From the NCBI GenBank assembly GCA_017522615.1, contig JAFWYR010000023.1, forward strand, positions 996 to 64,995: a DNA stretch of 64,000 nucleotides, read 5' to 3'. This DNA comes from Bacilli bacterium. Its GTDB lineage: Bacteria > Bacillota_I > Bacilli_A > RF39 > UBA660. Numbering within the stretch: the first letter of the stretch is position 1; each line of letters opens with the position of its first letter. A program made the translations under genes and the position numbers. Positions 37,023 to 45,497 of the stretch are shown here, piece by piece. The notes below the pieces were generated by a model. It was given only the letters and a program-made list of their open reading frames with translations, did not search any database and was not told the origin of the DNA.

Positions 37023-37050
37023 ACCTCCTACATATATTAATTTAGGAGGT
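37023..37050 (+). promoter_or_regulatory. Hairpin whose 3' arm is the Shine-Dalgarno of the SpoVIF-like gene (also possible weak der terminator)
   Basis: ACCTCCTA (37023-37030) and TAGGAGGT (37043-37050) are perfect 8-bp arms with a 12-nt loop. AGGAGG lies 8 nt before TTG 37058. Only TTT follows the hairpin. Confidence 0.4.
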
Positions 37051-37057
37051 TTTAAAA

Positions 37058-37300
37058 TTGAAATTTTCGGATAGTTTTTTTAATAGAGTAGAACAAAAGA
37101 CAAATGTAAATAAAGAGACGATTCTTACTCTAGCCCAAAAATTACAACAAAATGATATGAAAAATGAAGGAACTCTAAGAGAGGTAATTGAAGAATTATC
37201 TAAAATGACTGGGAGAGAAGTATCGAAAGAGAAACAAGATAAGATTATCCAAGCTGTTATCAATGATCAGGTTCCTAAAGATATTGATAAAATGATTTAA
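37058..37300 (+). CDS. Stage VI sporulation protein F (SpoVIF)-like
   Basis: The 80-aa sequence FFNRVEQKTNVNKETILTLAQKLQQNDMKNEGTLREVIEELSKMTGREVSKEKQDKI parallels my recollection of B. subtilis SpoVIF (FFKNIEKKTGV...NF KDE.TVR.VI..VS.LA.R.V.KE.EDKI). TTG start. Confidence 0.5.
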   Translation: MKFSDSFFNRVEQKTNVNKETILTLAQKLQQNDMKNEGTLREVIEELSKMTGREVSKEKQDKIIQAVINDQVPKDIDKMI

Positions 37301-37322
37301 ACCATTAAAAATGGTTTTTTTA
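37300..37322 (+). terminator. Rho-independent terminator
   Basis: AACCATT-aaa-AATGGTT hairpin followed by TTTTTT. Confidence 0.7.
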
Positions 37323-37354
37323 TGATATAATATTTTCCATTAGGAGGAACTATA

Positions 37355-38290
37355 ATGAAAATAATTGATTCACATAGTCACATTGGAAAAGACAATGCAT
37401 GGGATATACAAGGAAATTTAAAAGAATATGTAAAAAAAGCTAAAGAAATCGGCATAACTGAAAGCCTAATAATGCCAGTTCCAATGCCTAAAATCGGAAT
37501 AGGAAATAGCGAAGTAACTCCTATAATGCTTGCAACCTATGGAGAAGAAAACTATATCGTAACCGGTGTAGAAGATCAATATGGATTAAGACCAAATTTA
37601 GTTTCAAATAATCCATATAAATATGTCAACGAAAGGCTTTATAGAAATATAAAAAATATCGCAGATATAAAGCTTCATTTTATCCCACTAGTTAATGCTA
37701 TATTTGATACACCTGAATACTTAGAAAGGATAATCGATAAATATCATCCAATAGCATTTAAAATACATGGATATTCCAGTATTATATCTCCAAGAGAAAT
37801 AAAAGATGATTTTTGGAATATAATAAAGAAATATGATATACCATTAATTATCCACACAGACTGTGATATAAATGAAAATGACAGTTCATTGGACTGGTAT
37901 TATCGAAACGAAAATGCCCCTTTAATTTGGATACGAATACTAGACAAAAATAGAATAAAAGGCTATTTAACACATGGAGTAAGACTTTGTGATAAAAGCT
38001 TTGAAATAGTAAATAATAATCCTAATTTTGTAGTTGGATTAGGGCCAGATGCATTGCTTTCAAGTTGTAAAGATAGAATGTATTCTGAGGAAAAATATTT
38101 AGAAACTCTTTTCGATAAATTAGAAATTGATAAAATATGCTTTGATATCGATTATCCATGGAATGTATCAGCATATGATAGTAAAACGTTAGATTGGAAT
38201 TCAATAGAAAGAATAAAAAAGTTAAAATTATCAAAAGAAGAATTAGAAAAAGTCTTAAGCAAAAATTCTCAAAGTTTTTTTAAAATATAA
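37355..38290 (+). CDS. Amidohydrolase-family (TIM-barrel metal-dependent hydrolase) protein
   Basis: MKIIDSHSHIG (HxH metal motif at the N-terminus) and a later IIHTDCD. Confidence 0.6.
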   Translation: MKIIDSHSHIGKDNAWDIQGNLKEYVKKAKEIGITESLIMPVPMPKIGIGNSEVTPIMLATYGEENYIVTGVEDQYGLRPNLVSNNPYKYVNERLYRNIKNIADIKLHFIPLVNAIFDTPEYLERIIDKYHPIAFKIHGYSSIISPREIKDDFWNIIKKYDIPLIIHTDCDINENDSSLDWYYRNENAPLIWIRILDKNRIKGYLTHGVRLCDKSFEIVNNNPNFVVGLGPDALLSSCKDRMYSEEKYLETLFDKLEIDKICFDIDYPWNVSAYDSKTLDWNSIERIKKLKLSKEELEKVLSKNSQSFFKI

Positions 38291-38304
38291 AAAAATGTCA
38301 TATT

Positions 38305-38331
38305 TTAGCACTCACACTTGACAATTGCTAA
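38305..38331 (+). promoter_or_regulatory. CIRCE-like HrcA operator
   Basis: TTAGCACTC-N9-AATTGCTAA compared with the consensus TTAGCACTC-N9-GAGTGCTAA: left half 9/9, right half 7/9. Confidence 0.55.
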
Positions 38332-38346
38332 AAATAGTGCTATTAT
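38318..38346 (+). promoter_or_regulatory. Sigma-A-type promoter of hsp20
   Basis: TTGACA (38318-38323), a 17-nt spacer, then TATTAT (38341-38346). The -35 box lies inside the CIRCE element. Confidence 0.55.
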
Positions 38347-38411
38347 TAAAATGTACTAAAAAGATATGTGCTACCATTCATTGATAACACATTTATGAAA
38401 GGGTGATATAT

Positions 38412-38825
38412 ATGATGTTAGTACCAAGAAGAAATAGTTTTGATTTGTTTGATGACTTTTTTAAGAATGACTTTGGAACAAAAGGAAATCAAAATTTAAT
38501 GAATACCGACATTAAAGAGACAAAAGATAAATACATAATTGAAATGGATCTACCAGGTTTTTCAAAAGAAAATATAAATATTTCTTTAAATAATGGTTAT
38601 TTGGAAATTTCTGCCAATGTTGAAAAAAAAGAAGATAATGAAGAAGAAAAATTTGTGAGAAGAGAAAGATTTTATGGAGAATGTTCTAGAAACTTCTATG
38701 TCGGTGAAGAAATTAAAGAAGATGATATCGAAGCAGAATTTAAAAATGGTATATTGAAAATCGACATTCCTAAAAAAGAAGAATCAGAAAAAGAATCAAA
38801 AACTAAACAAATTAAAATTAAATAG
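38412..38825 (+). CDS. Small heat-shock protein (Hsp20/alpha-crystallin family)
   Basis: MNTDIKETKDKYIIEMDLPGFSKENINI...RRERFYGECSRNFYV...AEFKNGILKIDIPK are alpha-crystallin domain hallmarks. Confidence 0.85.
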   Translation: MMLVPRRNSFDLFDDFFKNDFGTKGNQNLMNTDIKETKDKYIIEMDLPGFSKENINISLNNGYLEISANVEKKEDNEEEKFVRRERFYGECSRNFYVGEEIKEDDIEAEFKNGILKIDIPKKEESEKESKTKQIKIK

Positions 38826-38845
38826 AGCTTATAAGCTCTTTTTCT
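38824..38845 (+). terminator. Rho-independent terminator after hsp20
   Basis: AGAGCT-tata-AGCTCT hairpin followed by TTTTT. Confidence 0.65.
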
Positions 38846-38896
38846 TTATAGACAAATAAAAATAAAAAAAGTATAATAAAAAAAGGAAGTGATTAT

Positions 38897-39247
38897 ATGC
38901 TAATACTAGAATACCCAAAATGTTCAACATGTAAAAAAGCGATTAAATTTTTAAAAGATAACAATATCGATTTTACAGATAGAGACATAGTAAAGAATAA
39001 TCCAACTGTTAAAGAACTTAAAAATTGGATTTCAAAAAGTGGAAAGGATATTAAGAAATTTTATAATACAAGTGGAATGAAATACCGAGAACTGAGGTTA
39101 AAAGAAAAGTTAGAAAAAATGACTGATGAAGAAAAAATAGAATTATTATCCACAGATGGAATGCTTGTTAAAAGACCTTTACTAATAAGTGAAGATAAAA
39201 TATTAACAGGTTTTAGGGAAAAAGAATGGCGAGAATTAATAAAATAG
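38897..39247 (+). CDS. ArsC/Spx-family protein (YffB-like)
   Basis: The N-terminal YPKCSTCKKA (CxxC) and the MLVKRPLL C-terminal motif fit the ArsC superfamily. The size (~116 aa) fits. Confidence 0.7.
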   Translation: MLILEYPKCSTCKKAIKFLKDNNIDFTDRDIVKNNPTVKELKNWISKSGKDIKKFYNTSGMKYRELRLKEKLEKMTDEEKIELLSTDGMLVKRPLLISEDKILTGFREKEWRELIK

Positions 39248-39290
39248 TGGCAGAATTACATATTTTCCATATAACCACCACAATTTTATT

Positions 39291-39485
39291 ATGAAATATT
39301 ATTCAAGTAAAAAAAAATATAACTGAACGAACAGAAGAAGATATTTATCTAGGAGTAGCATGAGTTCTTAAAATTGGAAAAATGAAAATTTAGTGCCAAT
39401 GTTAGATTACTTGATTATGTAGGATACATCATAGATGGAACTAAAGATTAAGAAGATTACCCAAGAATGGCCAGAACCTTGAACG
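39291..39485 (+). pseudogene. Decayed fragment of spoIVA 5' end (start codon region plus a later segment, with an internal deletion of about 165 bp)
   Basis: 39311-39385 aligns with 41340-41420 of the intact gene (AAAAATATAAC(T/C)GAACGAACAG(A/G)AG(A/G)AGATAT...). 39386-39485 aligns with 41590-41695, including the identical 21-mer GTAGGATACATCATAGATGGA. The frame from ATG 39291 hits TGA after 11 codons. Confidence 0.75.
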
Positions 39486-39803
39486 TAATTAAAAAAGCGA
39501 TAATCTATATAAAATATACTATAATATATAAAAAATCGGAATACAACATTTTCCTTTTTTATTCAAAAATAAAAAATTAAGTGAATTTTTCTATTAAATA
39601 TCATTAATAGTGCTGCTAATAAAGTATTTAAAAGATAATAAACATATATTTCTCAGTGATAAAGCAAAATAATAATTTATTGTAGAAGATCCTAAAATTT
39701 TAAAAGAATGTATAAATAATATTAATATGATACACTTGCAATAAATTAATCATATATGGTAGTCTATATATAGGGAAAAATTGAATTATGGAGTTGAAGT
39801 TTT

Positions 39804-40937
39804 ATGAGAATAAAAAGAACTTGTATATTTATTTTTATTATTTTTACGATATTTTTAATTAGTGGATGTACTGAAAACAAACAAGAAAAGAAATATATAG
39901 AACAAGCGAAAATCAATGCATTAGAATATATTAAAAAAAAGTATAACTTTGACGCAAAAGTTATCGATACAGAAAGTATTTACAAAAGTATGGCTCCTGT
40001 GTTACCTACGTATGGGCTATCTGACTATGTCAACGTTAAATTAAAAGCAAATGACAAAATATTTTTTGTTCAAATAATAGGAAATAAACCATCTGATGAT
40101 GGAAGAGATAACTATCAATATAAAGAAATATCTAATGACATTCTTGATTTAATAAAGCAAGATTTTAAGGATATTTATAAATATGATATCGATTACGGTT
40201 TTGATATAAATGAAGGTGAAAAAGGAACAAAAAAAGGACTAATCAAAGAATACTATAATGGTAACAATTTATATGACATTGTTGATCATTTAAATATTAG
40301 ACTGGATTTTATAGGAACAAAAAATTTTGAAAATTTAAATTTTAATGATTACTTAAAAGAATTAAATTTTAATGATATGAATGTTGTCTTAAATAGCTTT
40401 AAGTCAAAGAATAATTATAAGAAATATTATAACAAAACAGATAATTATTTGTCTTATATCGATAGTAAACTTAATTATTGGAAAATAAATGATAAAACAA
40501 AGATAGTATACTATAACTATAAAGACTATTTATATAAAATTGATGATATGTATATATATGCACTTTTAAAAAATCAAGAGTACACTACTGAAAAAAATAT
40601 CAATAAAGCTCTGATCCCTTTATCGATAAAAAAATCTAAAACCAATTGGTACAATCATGAAAATATATCTGAAACCTTATTGATTGAAAGTAATACTAGT
40701 GATATTTATCAATTGAATATTGCTATTCCAAAGAATAAAAAATATAATAAATATAGGAATAAAAATGTAATAGGACTATATTCCATGGTTAAGTATGGTG
40801 AATGCATAAATTTTGAAGATTTCACAGAATCTGGAAATTATTATATCTCCAAGAATTATAATCCATCTGCTGAAAATAATTATTATTTATCCATCACCCA
40901 TTCTGTAGAAGATTATTATAGAGATGAATGCCATTAG
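39804..40937 (+). CDS. Hypothetical lipoprotein (377 aa)
   Basis: Signal peptide with the lipobox LISGC. The mature part is Asn/Tyr/Lys-rich with no recognised domain. Confidence 0.6.
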   Translation: MRIKRTCIFIFIIFTIFLISGCTENKQEKKYIEQAKINALEYIKKKYNFDAKVIDTESIYKSMAPVLPTYGLSDYVNVKLKANDKIFFVQIIGNKPSDDGRDNYQYKEISNDILDLIKQDFKDIYKYDIDYGFDINEGEKGTKKGLIKEYYNGNNLYDIVDHLNIRLDFIGTKNFENLNFNDYLKELNFNDMNVVLNSFKSKNNYKKYYNKTDNYLSYIDSKLNYWKINDKTKIVYYNYKDYLYKIDDMYIYALLKNQEYTTEKNINKALIPLSIKKSKTNWYNHENISETLLIESNTSDIYQLNIAIPKNKKYNKYRNKNVIGLYSMVKYGECINFEDFTESGNYYISKNYNPSAENNYYLSITHSVEDYYRDECH

Positions 40938-41200
40938 TCATTAATATCCATTAGTGAATTATTTAAATAAAAGCAAAAAAATATTATTTATTAATATCCT
41001 AATGAAATATGCAAACATTACACAGAAAATATAAGAATATATCACACTAAAACAAATTTAATATATTCATTATGAGGTGATAAACTAGGTAGTAACAATA
41101 AGTTTAAGACTACTAACAAGTCAGACCAGTTATATACTACTAAGTAGGGTTATAGTCAACTAGCAATAACAGTTAAAAAGTATTTTTTTCAAAACCGATA

Positions 41201-41248
41201 GGCAACAATAACTGCAAACAATTTGTAAGTAGTTATTGTTGCCTTTTT
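41201..41248 (+). terminator. Strong rho-independent terminator 260 nt downstream of the lipoprotein gene
   Basis: GGCAACAATAACT (41201-41213) and AGTTATTGTTGCC (41231-41243) are perfect 13-bp arms followed by TTTTT. Confidence 0.8.
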
Positions 41249-41274
41249 AATGAAATTTTTTCAGATATTATTAT

Positions 41275-41302
41275 TCATATTTAAAAACATAGTTCATATA
41301 TT
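41275..41302 (+). promoter_or_regulatory. Possible sigma-E-type promoter of spoIVA
   Basis: TCATATT (41275-41281), 13 nt, then CATATATT (41295-41302). My recollection of the sigma-E consensus is ZHATAxx-14-CATACAHT. spoIVA is sigma-E dependent in B. subtilis. Confidence 0.35.
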
Positions 41303-41329
41303 TAATTAGAAATGGAAAGTAGGGATAAA

Positions 41330-42805
41330 ATGGAAAAATTAGATATTATAAAAAATATAACCGAACGAACAGGAGGAGATATATATTTAGGAGTAGTAGG
41401 GGCAGTTAGAAGTGGAAAATCGACATTCATTAAAAGATTTATAGAAAACTTAGTAGTACCAAATATTGAAGATGAGTATGAAAGAAAAAGAACATTAGAT
41501 GAAATACCACAGTCAGCTGGTGGTAAAACTATTATGACAACCGAACCAAAATTCGTTCCTAGTAATGCAACTAAAATTAAAATAGATGATTTTAGTGCAA
41601 ATGTTAGATTAGTAGATTGTGTAGGATACATCATAGATGGAGCTAAAGGATATGAAGACGAAAATGGTCCAAGGATGGTCAGAACACCTTGGTATGAAGA
41701 TGCAATACCATTTATAGAAGCAGCTGAAATAGGAACAGAGAAAGTTATAAAAGATCATTCATCTATTGGCATTATAATAACGACAGATGGTTCAATAGGT
41801 GAATTTGATAGAAATGCATACATTGAAGCCGAAAGTAGAATAGCCCAGGAACTGAGTGAAATAGGTAAACCATACATAATAATATTAAATTCATCTCATC
41901 CAATGTTACCAGAGACCGAAGATCTCGCGGAGAGATTAAAAGAAGAATATGGAGTTCCAGTCATGCCAATGAATATCGACAATATGAGTGAGCGAGACTC
42001 TTATAATATTTTAAGAGAAGCATTATATGAATTTCCAGTTAATTGTATAGATATTGAAATGGCTGATTGGGTAGCTTGCCTATCACCAAATAATTTTTTA
42101 AAAAAAGCATATATAGAAACCATAAGAGAAAGTATCGAACCTATTGACAAGTTAAGAGATATAGACATCATAACAAGTAAATTAGAAGAATGTGAATATA
42201 TAGAAAAGGCATATCTATCTGAAGTTGATACGTCTACAGGTAATGTAAGAGTAACTTTAAAGACAAAAAGTGAATTATATAATCAAGTATTAAAAGAAAT
42301 AATAGGAATAGATATTACCTCTAGATCACAATTATTAAGTTTAATGCAAGATTATAATGAAGCTAAGTTAGAATATGACCAAATAAAAGATGCTTTAAAA
42401 ATGGTAAAACAAACAGGATATGGTGTAGCTTCACCAAGACTACAGGATATGACATTAGATACACCAGAAGTAATAAAACAAGGTAGTAGATATGGTATAA
42501 AACTAAAAGCAGTAGCTCCATCAATTCATATGTTTAGAGTTGATGTAGAAAGTACTTTTGAACCGATAATTGGATCAGAACTTCAAAGTAAGGAATTAAT
42601 AAACTATATAATGAAAGATAAAGATGAAGGAATGGAAAACATTTGGAAAAGCGAAATATTTGGAAGAAGTTTAGATGTCATAGTTCAAGAAGGTATTCAA
42701 GCTAAATTATCACTCATGCCAGAGCAAGTTAGATATAAATTAAAACAAACACTTTCAAAACTCGTAAATAAAGGATCAAGTAATTTATTTGCCATTGTAA
42801 TATAG
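41330..42805 (+). CDS. spoIVA: Stage IV sporulation protein A (spore coat morphogenetic ATPase)
   Basis: MEKLDIIKNITERTGGDIYLGVVGAVRSGKSTFIKRF...DEIPQSAGGKTIMTTEPKFVP is near-collinear with B. subtilis SpoIVA, including the Walker A motif. hup follows, as in Bacillus. Confidence 0.95.
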   Translation: MEKLDIIKNITERTGGDIYLGVVGAVRSGKSTFIKRFIENLVVPNIEDEYERKRTLDEIPQSAGGKTIMTTEPKFVPSNATKIKIDDFSANVRLVDCVGYIIDGAKGYEDENGPRMVRTPWYEDAIPFIEAAEIGTEKVIKDHSSIGIIITTDGSIGEFDRNAYIEAESRIAQELSEIGKPYIIILNSSHPMLPETEDLAERLKEEYGVPVMPMNIDNMSERDSYNILREALYEFPVNCIDIEMADWVACLSPNNFLKKAYIETIRESIEPIDKLRDIDIITSKLEECEYIEKAYLSEVDTSTGNVRVTLKTKSELYNQVLKEIIGIDITSRSQLLSLMQDYNEAKLEYDQIKDALKMVKQTGYGVASPRLQDMTLDTPEVIKQGSRYGIKLKAVAPSIHMFRVDVESTFEPIIGSELQSKELINYIMKDKDEGMENIWKSEIFGRSLDVIVQEGIQAKLSLMPEQVRYKLKQTLSKLVNKGSSNLFAIVI

Positions 42806-42992
42806 ATAGAAATATCTATATTTTTAATATAAAAGTAATTGGAAACAATAAAAATAGTATTTAAATTATATTTATATCATAAAAATATATAAAAAACGTA
42901 AAAAAACAACAAAATATATTGATTTTTATAGTCAAACATGATAACATGTAAATGTAAGCAAGATAGCTTAACAAACATAGGAGGTAAAGAAA

Positions 42993-43265
42993 ATGACAAA
43001 ACAAAATTTAGTAAATTATATGGCAGAAGAAACAGGAATGACAAAAGCAGACGCTACAAGAGCACTTGATGCTGTTTTAAATGGAATTGTAAAAGGTTTA
43101 AAAGACGAAGGTAAAGTAACTTTAACTGGTTCCTGTACTTTCACAAAACAACACAAAGCTGCTAGACAAGGACGTAATCCTAGAACTGGTGAAGCTGTAA
43201 CTATTCCTGCAAGAAATGCTGTTTCTATTAAAGCTGGAGCTAAATTAAAAGATGCAATGAACTAA
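42993..43265 (+). CDS. hup: DNA-binding protein HU
   Basis: The 90-aa protein carries RQGRNPRTGEAVTIPARNAVSIKAGAKLK, the HU arm motif. Confidence 0.9.
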   Translation: MTKQNLVNYMAEETGMTKADATRALDAVLNGIVKGLKDEGKVTLTGSCTFTKQHKAARQGRNPRTGEAVTIPARNAVSIKAGAKLKDAMN

Positions 43266-43284
43266 GCTTCATTGCCTTTTTTTT
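43254..43284 (+). terminator. Rho-independent terminator overlapping the hup stop
   Basis: GCAATGAA-ctaagc-TTCATTGC hairpin followed by CTTTTTTTT. Confidence 0.8.
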
Positions 43285-43308
43285 ATATATAAATTTGGAG
43301 ATGAAAAA

Positions 43309-44412
43309 ATGTACGATATTGCATTAAAATTATTAAAGAAAATAGAAAGCTTCGGATATAAGGCTTACATAATAGGTGGTTATCCTAGAGATTTATATCT
43401 AAAGAGAACTGCAAATGATGTCGATATATGCACAGATGCAACCCCGATGGAACTACATAATATGTTCAGTGAAATAGTTTGCTCAAACTCAGAATATGGA
43501 ACAATAACTGTAATTTTTGAAAATGTGAGATTTGAAATAACTACATTTAGAAGAGAACTAAAATATAAAGATTCTAGGCATCCAGAACAAATAGAATATG
43601 TAGATAATTTAGAAGAAGATTTAAAAAGGAGAGATTTTACTATAAACACACTAGCCATCGACAAAGATGGAAATCAAATAGATTTATTAAACGCTAAAGA
43701 AGACTTAGATAGTAAAATAATTAGGGTAGTTGGAAATCCAAAGACTAAAATTAAAGAAGATGCCCTAAGAATTCTCCGTGCTATCAGATTTGCAACAGTA
43801 TTAAATTTTGAAATAGATTCAAAATTAAAACAATATATTAAAAGATATGGAAACACTTTAAAAAGACTATCAAAAGATGTTAAAAAAAGTGAATTAGATA
43901 TTATTTTCTCAAATTCTAATAAGGAATATGGAATTAAATTAATATTAGAATTAAAACTAGAAAAACATTTGGATATACCAAATTTAAAAAACATAAAGAT
44001 AACTCCATCGATGATAGTAACCTGGGCCGAATTAAATGTATTAGATAATTATAACTTTAATTCCATAGAAAGAGAAACCATTCATAAAATAAATGAGGTC
44101 AAAGATAAGAATATATTAGATAGGCATGTTCTATATCAATATGGTTTATATACTTGTACAATGGCTGCAGAATTAAAAGATATAGATAAAAAAGAATTAA
44201 ATAAGGAATTTGCGAAAATGCCTATTAGAAGTAAACTTGATATTGCTCTATCTCCTCTTGAAATATGTGAAGTTCTAAATAAAGAAGCTGGGCCATTTTT
44301 AAAACCTTTAATAAATGATTTGGAAAATAAACTAATAGAAAATGAGATAGAAAACACTAAAGAAAGTATAACTAATTATATTAAAGAAAAATATATAGAA
44401 AGACAAATATAA
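43309..44412 (+). CDS. cca: CCA-adding tRNA nucleotidyltransferase
   Basis: IIGGYPRDLYL...NDVDICTDA (GG.vRD, DxD) and RRDFTINTLA motifs. Confidence 0.85.
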   Translation: MYDIALKLLKKIESFGYKAYIIGGYPRDLYLKRTANDVDICTDATPMELHNMFSEIVCSNSEYGTITVIFENVRFEITTFRRELKYKDSRHPEQIEYVDNLEEDLKRRDFTINTLAIDKDGNQIDLLNAKEDLDSKIIRVVGNPKTKIKEDALRILRAIRFATVLNFEIDSKLKQYIKRYGNTLKRLSKDVKKSELDIIFSNSNKEYGIKLILELKLEKHLDIPNLKNIKITPSMIVTWAELNVLDNYNFNSIERETIHKINEVKDKNILDRHVLYQYGLYTCTMAAELKDIDKKELNKEFAKMPIRSKLDIALSPLEICEVLNKEAGPFLKPLINDLENKLIENEIENTKESITNYIKEKYIERQI

Positions 44413-44558
44413 ATAATATTTGTTTTTTTATTATAAAAAAGTAAATTATAAAAAAGTGTAGAATGATTATATATAGAGAGGTAACAGGAAAGGAGGTAAG
44501 TACCTATAATTTGAAATATGCAAAAAAATAATAGATTAATAAAATTATTTAATACTTT

Positions 44559-44792
44559 GTGCTGAAAGGAATTGATATGATGACAAATGACAATACAATA
44601 GAAATAGTTTTAAAATTTAAACAAAATGAAAAAGAAAATACTAAAGAAGAAACAATAACCGAAGAAAAAGTTTGGCTAATAATGACAGCAGCTAAATCTT
44701 TTATCGAATCGCGTAATACAATTATTGAAGTTTTAGGTAGTAAAGCTGATGAATTCATAAAAAAAATAACTGAAATAGAAGGAGCAATTTAG
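44559..44792 (+). CDS. Hypothetical small protein
   Basis: ORF abutting the next gene (stop TAG followed directly by ATG). The likely start is ATG 44577/44580 after GAAAGGA. No motif recognised. Confidence 0.35.
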   Translation: MLKGIDMMTNDNTIEIVLKFKQNEKENTKEETITEEKVWLIMTAAKSFIESRNTIIEVLGSKADEFIKKITEIEGAI

Positions 44793-45440
44793 ATGAAAGA
44801 AATTATATTTAGATCTAAAAGAAAATACGAACCAAATTTTTTTAATATCGAAGACTATAAAAAAATAGATGAAACTATCAAGTTAATACCACTTTACTTT
44901 GAACCGGTTTTTAAAAAAATATTTCGGAATCAAAAATTATTAAAAAAATTTTTAGTAATCGAATTAGGTTTAGAAAAAAACTTAGAATACAAACATGCAT
45001 ATTATGGAGAATCTGTCCTACTTAACAAATATGGCCCATTTGTAACAAAAACAAGTGTAATACTAAAATTGTATAAAAATAAAAAACCATTAATAATAAC
45101 ATTTGCTCAAGTTGACTATAATCAAAATTATAAAGAAAACAAATTATATGAACTTGTCATCAATTATGATAATAAAATGATTTCAAATGGCAAAATTAAA
45201 ATAGTAAATAAAACAAAAAAAGATTTAATATATTTCCGTAAACTTTATAAAAATAATATTCCAATTAATAGACAAAAATTATTAATGGTCGCATTAACAT
45301 CGAAATCATTTAAAGAACTTTATGAAATAATTAGTAAAATATATAACAAGGAAGACACGTATACTATAATGAAATCTGCACTGAAAGCTAGTAAAAATCA
45401 AACAATAAAAAAAGAATGGAAGAAATATAATTTTAGTTAA
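44793..45440 (+). CDS. Hypothetical protein with weak resemblance to the PD-(D/E)XK_2 (Rpn/YhgA-like) family
   Basis: LIPLYFEPVFKKIFRNQKLLKKFL resembles the family N-terminal motif (..D.vFK.lF.....l..fL), with Asp replaced by Glu. IITFAQVDYNQ sits where the E.Q motif is expected. Weak call. Confidence 0.35.
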   Translation: MKEIIFRSKRKYEPNFFNIEDYKKIDETIKLIPLYFEPVFKKIFRNQKLLKKFLVIELGLEKNLEYKHAYYGESVLLNKYGPFVTKTSVILKLYKNKKPLIITFAQVDYNQNYKENKLYELVINYDNKMISNGKIKIVNKTKKDLIYFRKLYKNNIPINRQKLLMVALTSKSFKELYEIISKIYNKEDTYTIMKSALKASKNQTIKKEWKKYNFS

Positions 45441-45497
45441 TATAATATTGGCAAAATATCTCATTTAAGTTATAATAAACTATAAAGGATGATGAGA

